Assembly (NCBI GenBank): GCA_021399395.1
Contig: JAAFKJ010000079.1
Coordinates: forward strand, 1 to 53,542
Direction of reading: 5' to 3'
DNA length: 53,542 bases
Source of the DNA: Candidatus Heimdallarchaeota archaeon
GTDB taxonomy: Archaea > Asgardarchaeota > Heimdallarchaeia > Heimdallarchaeales > Heimdallarchaeaceae
Below the pieces are notes generated by a model. The model was not told where the DNA came from and did no database searches. It worked only from the letters and a program-made list of their open reading frames with translations. The number at the start of each line of letters is the position of its first letter. Position 1 is the first letter of the stretch. The position numbers were made by a program, and so were the translations under genes. This document shows positions 50,943 to 53,542 of the stretch, one piece after another.

Positions 50943-51347
50943 TTATCTATATGATTTCTGGAATCGAGATCTTGAACTTTTTCCACCAAAATGTTTTGGC
51001 TCAGTTCTTCTAGGGTCGCCGGATACGATTGTCTTATCATACAGAACAAATTTTTCCTTCATACCAAGATCATCGAAATACTCGATTAAACCTCTAGCAA
51101 TGGCTGTTCTTATTGCTTCAGCTTGTCCCATATAACCTCCACCCCTTACATTGATTTTTACATCAATTGATTCTCTTTTGTCTTCCCCGGCTATAACAAA
51201 AATCTCACTAATCTTAATCCTGCTTAACTCATTTGGCAAAACTTCTAGAGGAACACCATTTACTCTTATTCTACCTTTGCCTTCCTTGAGAGTAGCTCTA
51301 GCGATTGCAGTTTTTCTTTTTCCTGATGATACAATTACTTTACCCAT
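50943..51347 (-). CDS. rps9: 30S ribosomal protein S9 (uS9)
   Basis: GKRKTAIARA, GGGYMGQAEA and QKSYR terminus. Confidence 0.98.
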   Translation of the reverse strand: MGKVIVSSGKRKTAIARATLKEGKGRIRVNGVPLEVLPNELSRIKISEIFVIAGEDKRESIDVKINVRGGGYMGQAEAIRTAIARGLIEYFDDLGMKEKFVLYDKTIVSGDPRRTEPKHFGGKSSRSRFQKSYR

Positions 51348-51360
51348 AATTTTCACCTTT

Positions 51361-51834
51361 TTATTCCTTCCATCCGAACTCTTTGCATAGTTCACCGATT
51401 GTTACTCTTTTGCTTGTAAGTTTATTTGCATCTGCAAATTTAGGTTTTATAATCTCACTTTTGGTGAATTCCTCTGGAACTCCAATATAAGTTAATAGTC
51501 TATGATATGCTTGTTTTCCTCTGGGTTTTTTCCAGGGGAGCATACCTCTAACAGTTCTTCTTACCAAACGATCTGGCCTTTTAGGATGGAAAGGACCTCT
51601 TCTTGGATTTGTATGTGTATGTATCTGTTGCATAACTCGGTATTCTTTTAAGATAGAGTGTTTTTTACCAGAGATTATGGCTTTTTCACAATTTAGAATA
51701 TTAACTGCATATCCCTCTAACAGGTATTTGGCTACTTCGGAACTCAACCGACCCAAAATTGCATTGTCTGCATCTATATTGATTTTTTGTCTTACGACTT
51801 GAGTTGCAGCCACATTATTCTGTTTTTTTGACAT
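51361..51834 (-). CDS. rpl13: 50S ribosomal protein L13 (uL13)
   Basis: ILGRLSS and RRTVRGMLP motifs. Confidence 0.98.
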   Translation of the reverse strand: MSKKQNNVAATQVVRQKINIDADNAILGRLSSEVAKYLLEGYAVNILNCEKAIISGKKHSILKEYRVMQQIHTHTNPRRGPFHPKRPDRLVRRTVRGMLPWKKPRGKQAYHRLLTYIGVPEEFTKSEIIKPKFADANKLTSKRVTIGELCKEFGWKE

Positions 51835-51848
51835 TTTTATTTCCTCAA

Positions 51849-52214
51849 TTAGATAATTATTTTCATTTTGCTTACTTCTAACCCAGATTCCATTAGTTCG
51901 TCGAGAGTAATTGTCTTACTATTAGTAGAACTAATTTTCTCTTTTGCTCCTTCTGAGAATCTGAGAGCAGCAATAGTGACCTTGTGTTTAAGATCACCTG
52001 AACTTAAAACAGAACCTGGAACAATAACAATATCATTGGTTTTTGAAAACCTATTTATTTTACTGAGATTCACCGCGACTCTTTGTCGTCTAGGTTTTTC
52101 TATCCTATTTGCGACAGTTTTCCATAGAGCTTTGTTTGTTTCAGCTGATTTTTTCTTTAGTTTATGTATCAGTTCAAGTATGTTTGGATCAGTTGGTCCT
52201 GTTCTTCTTGGCAT
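51849..52214 (-). CDS. rpl18e: 50S ribosomal protein L18e
   Basis: VNLSKINR, VPGSVLSSG and AALRFSEGA motifs. Confidence 0.97.
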   Translation of the reverse strand: MPRRTGPTDPNILELIHKLKKKSAETNKALWKTVANRIEKPRRQRVAVNLSKINRFSKTNDIVIVPGSVLSSGDLKHKVTIAALRFSEGAKEKISSTNSKTITLDELMESGLEVSKMKIII

Positions 52215-52224
52215 TTTGATCACT

Positions 52225-53058
52225 TTATGATTCTTTTTCTTTATCAATCAATGTTGATTCTAATGTCTTTTTGAATTCGTCGATGTTGGAGATAAGTAAC
52301 TCACCGGCTTTTGTTAAAACTGTAGCAGGGTTCATACCTCCATTGGTCTCAAACGAGAAGATAACTTTTGTAGGATCATTGTTAATAGTTATAGCCCCTG
52401 GTTCACACAAATCTAAACAATAACCACACAAAGTGCAGTTTAGAGGATTTGCAACTTGGACATTGTCACCTACTTTTTGAAAAACACCTCTGTAGCATGC
52501 TTCTATGCAAATAAGGCAGTTTGTACATTTGTCTTTGCTTATCTTTGGAATTGGAAAAATCTGGTAACCCATAGCTGAAACAGGTTGCCATTTTGCATGT
52601 TCTTTACCTTGACCAAGTTGTGCCATGCATTCAAGTTCCAAAGCTTGATTTGGACCCAATTTTACGATGGGGATGGTTGAACTTATTGGTTCAACACCTT
52701 CAGTTGACGAAATCAAATCAGAGCTATAAACGACTGTAGTTGTTTGATTATCTGTTTCTTTAGAAATTGTTAAAGTTACAGTACACATATTACAACCAAT
52801 TCCACCGCAATCACATTCATCTCTGAAATTCAAATCGAGATCATTGATATCATATTTCAATGGTACTAATCCGAGCCGATGTGCAATAAACTCATCAAAT
52901 AGTGGAGAAGTATTTTTTAGAACGTAGACATCCTCAATTACTAAGGATGAAACTTCGGCTAAACCTGTCCTTCTGATCGCATTAGCAAAAGCTAAAGATA
53001 CATCTGATAAGATAAATTTTATCGAATTAGGAAACAGTTCTATAAGCTCTATATCCAT
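52225..53058 (-). CDS. rpoD: DNA-directed RNA polymerase subunit D (Rpo3) with ferredoxin-like domain
   Basis: FANAIRR, AHRLGLVP and EHAKWQP motifs, plus two CxxCxxCxxxC motifs. Confidence 0.97.
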   Translation of the reverse strand: MDIELIELFPNSIKFILSDVSLAFANAIRRTGLAEVSSLVIEDVYVLKNTSPLFDEFIAHRLGLVPLKYDINDLDLNFRDECDCGGIGCNMCTVTLTISKETDNQTTTVVYSSDLISSTEGVEPISSTIPIVKLGPNQALELECMAQLGQGKEHAKWQPVSAMGYQIFPIPKISKDKCTNCLICIEACYRGVFQKVGDNVQVANPLNCTLCGYCLDLCEPGAITINNDPTKVIFSFETNGGMNPATVLTKAGELLISNIDEFKKTLESTLIDKEKES

Positions 53059-53271
53059 AGACACACCCGGCAAAGGATTCTATATCGCACCCCCTTATGA
53101 TACTAAAAAAGGTTTTCCATATCCAAGTTTTTTAGTTAGAGTGTTATAGGGTTGGTTTTGATTGTTGAAAATAAATTTACTGTTGATTATCAATATTACT
53201 GTAAAACGTAGAATCTAACGTTCTCGATTTGTGGTGCTTAAATATCCGCATCAGTATAATAGCTGAGAATT

Positions 53272-53448
53272 ATGTTGAGGATATTATTATTTAAAGAGCT
53301 TAAACTCTTCAAAAAGAAGAGAGGATCACCTATACTAGAGGAGATTTTACTCATTGGCATCGCAATCTTAATCTTCGCAATTATCTTTGGAGTTATTTTC
53401 AGTCTTATTGATTGGTCAACAACATCTATAGATAATTTATTTGGCTGA
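53272..53448 (+). CDS. 58-aa type IV (Flp-like) prepilin with class III signal peptide
   Basis: Not in the ORF track. Manual translation gives MLRILLFKELKLFKKKRG|SPILEEILLIGIAILIFAIIFGVIFSLIDWSTTSIDNLFG: basic leader, Gly at -1, Glu at +5, then a hydrophobic helix. Confidence 0.7.
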   Translation: MLRILLFKELKLFKKKRGSPILEEILLIGIAILIFAIIFGVIFSLIDWSTTSIDNLFG

Positions 53449-53459
53449 AAAGTAAAATT

Positions 53460-53542
53460 TGGTGCGGAGAGGGAGATTCGAACTCCCGGACCACTAAGGA
53501 CTAGATCCTCATTCTAGCGCCTTTGACCACTCGGCAATCTCC
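53460..53542 (-). tRNA. tRNA-Leu(GAG), CCA encoded, 5' end cut by the window edge
   Basis: Reverse complement reads GGAGATTGCCGAGTGGTCAAAGGCG-CTAGA-ATGAGGA-TCTAG...GGGAGTTCGAATCTCCC-TCTCCGC-ACCA. Confidence 0.95.

Overview
This is an AT-rich archaeal chromosomal segment. The unsplit Rpo2, split Rpo1 (A'/A''), CCA-encoding tRNAs, bacterial-type PPDK/GlyA/FolD, PAC2- and PAC4-like proteins, SWS1-like SWIM protein and expanded NosD/TPR proteins together suggest an Asgard, probably Heimdallarchaeia-like, archaeon (inference). Core genes: RNA polymerase subunits rpoB, rpoA1, rpoA2 and rpoD; nusA; nine ribosomal proteins; aIF5A; TrpRS; Nob1; Nog1; an NSUN6-like methyltransferase; RtcA; three tRNAs; and central metabolism genes. 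The canonical archaeal RNA polymerase/ribosomal protein clusters are broken up. Accessory parts: (i) an ~11 kb surface-protein island (18.7-29.8 kb) with two beta-helix paralogues, a secreted caspase-fold protease and a 2270-aa protein with signal peptide, ectodomain, about 7 TM helices and a large unknown tail; (ii) a solo TnpB with a rearranged RuvC site, followed by two tandem 'PPAW' micropeptide cassettes (one intact, 22 aa; one degenerate) upstream of a TPR-like protein, the best candidate for an undescribed peptide-based system. Also seen: a shared inverted repeat (ATCTTACCAC-N15/16-GTGGTAAGAT) at two distant intergenic sites, sharp local purine/pyrimidine skew switches inside genes, an unlisted 58-aa pilin-like ORF and several probable pseudo-enzymes. 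All protein assignments come from motif recognition by eye, not from database searches.
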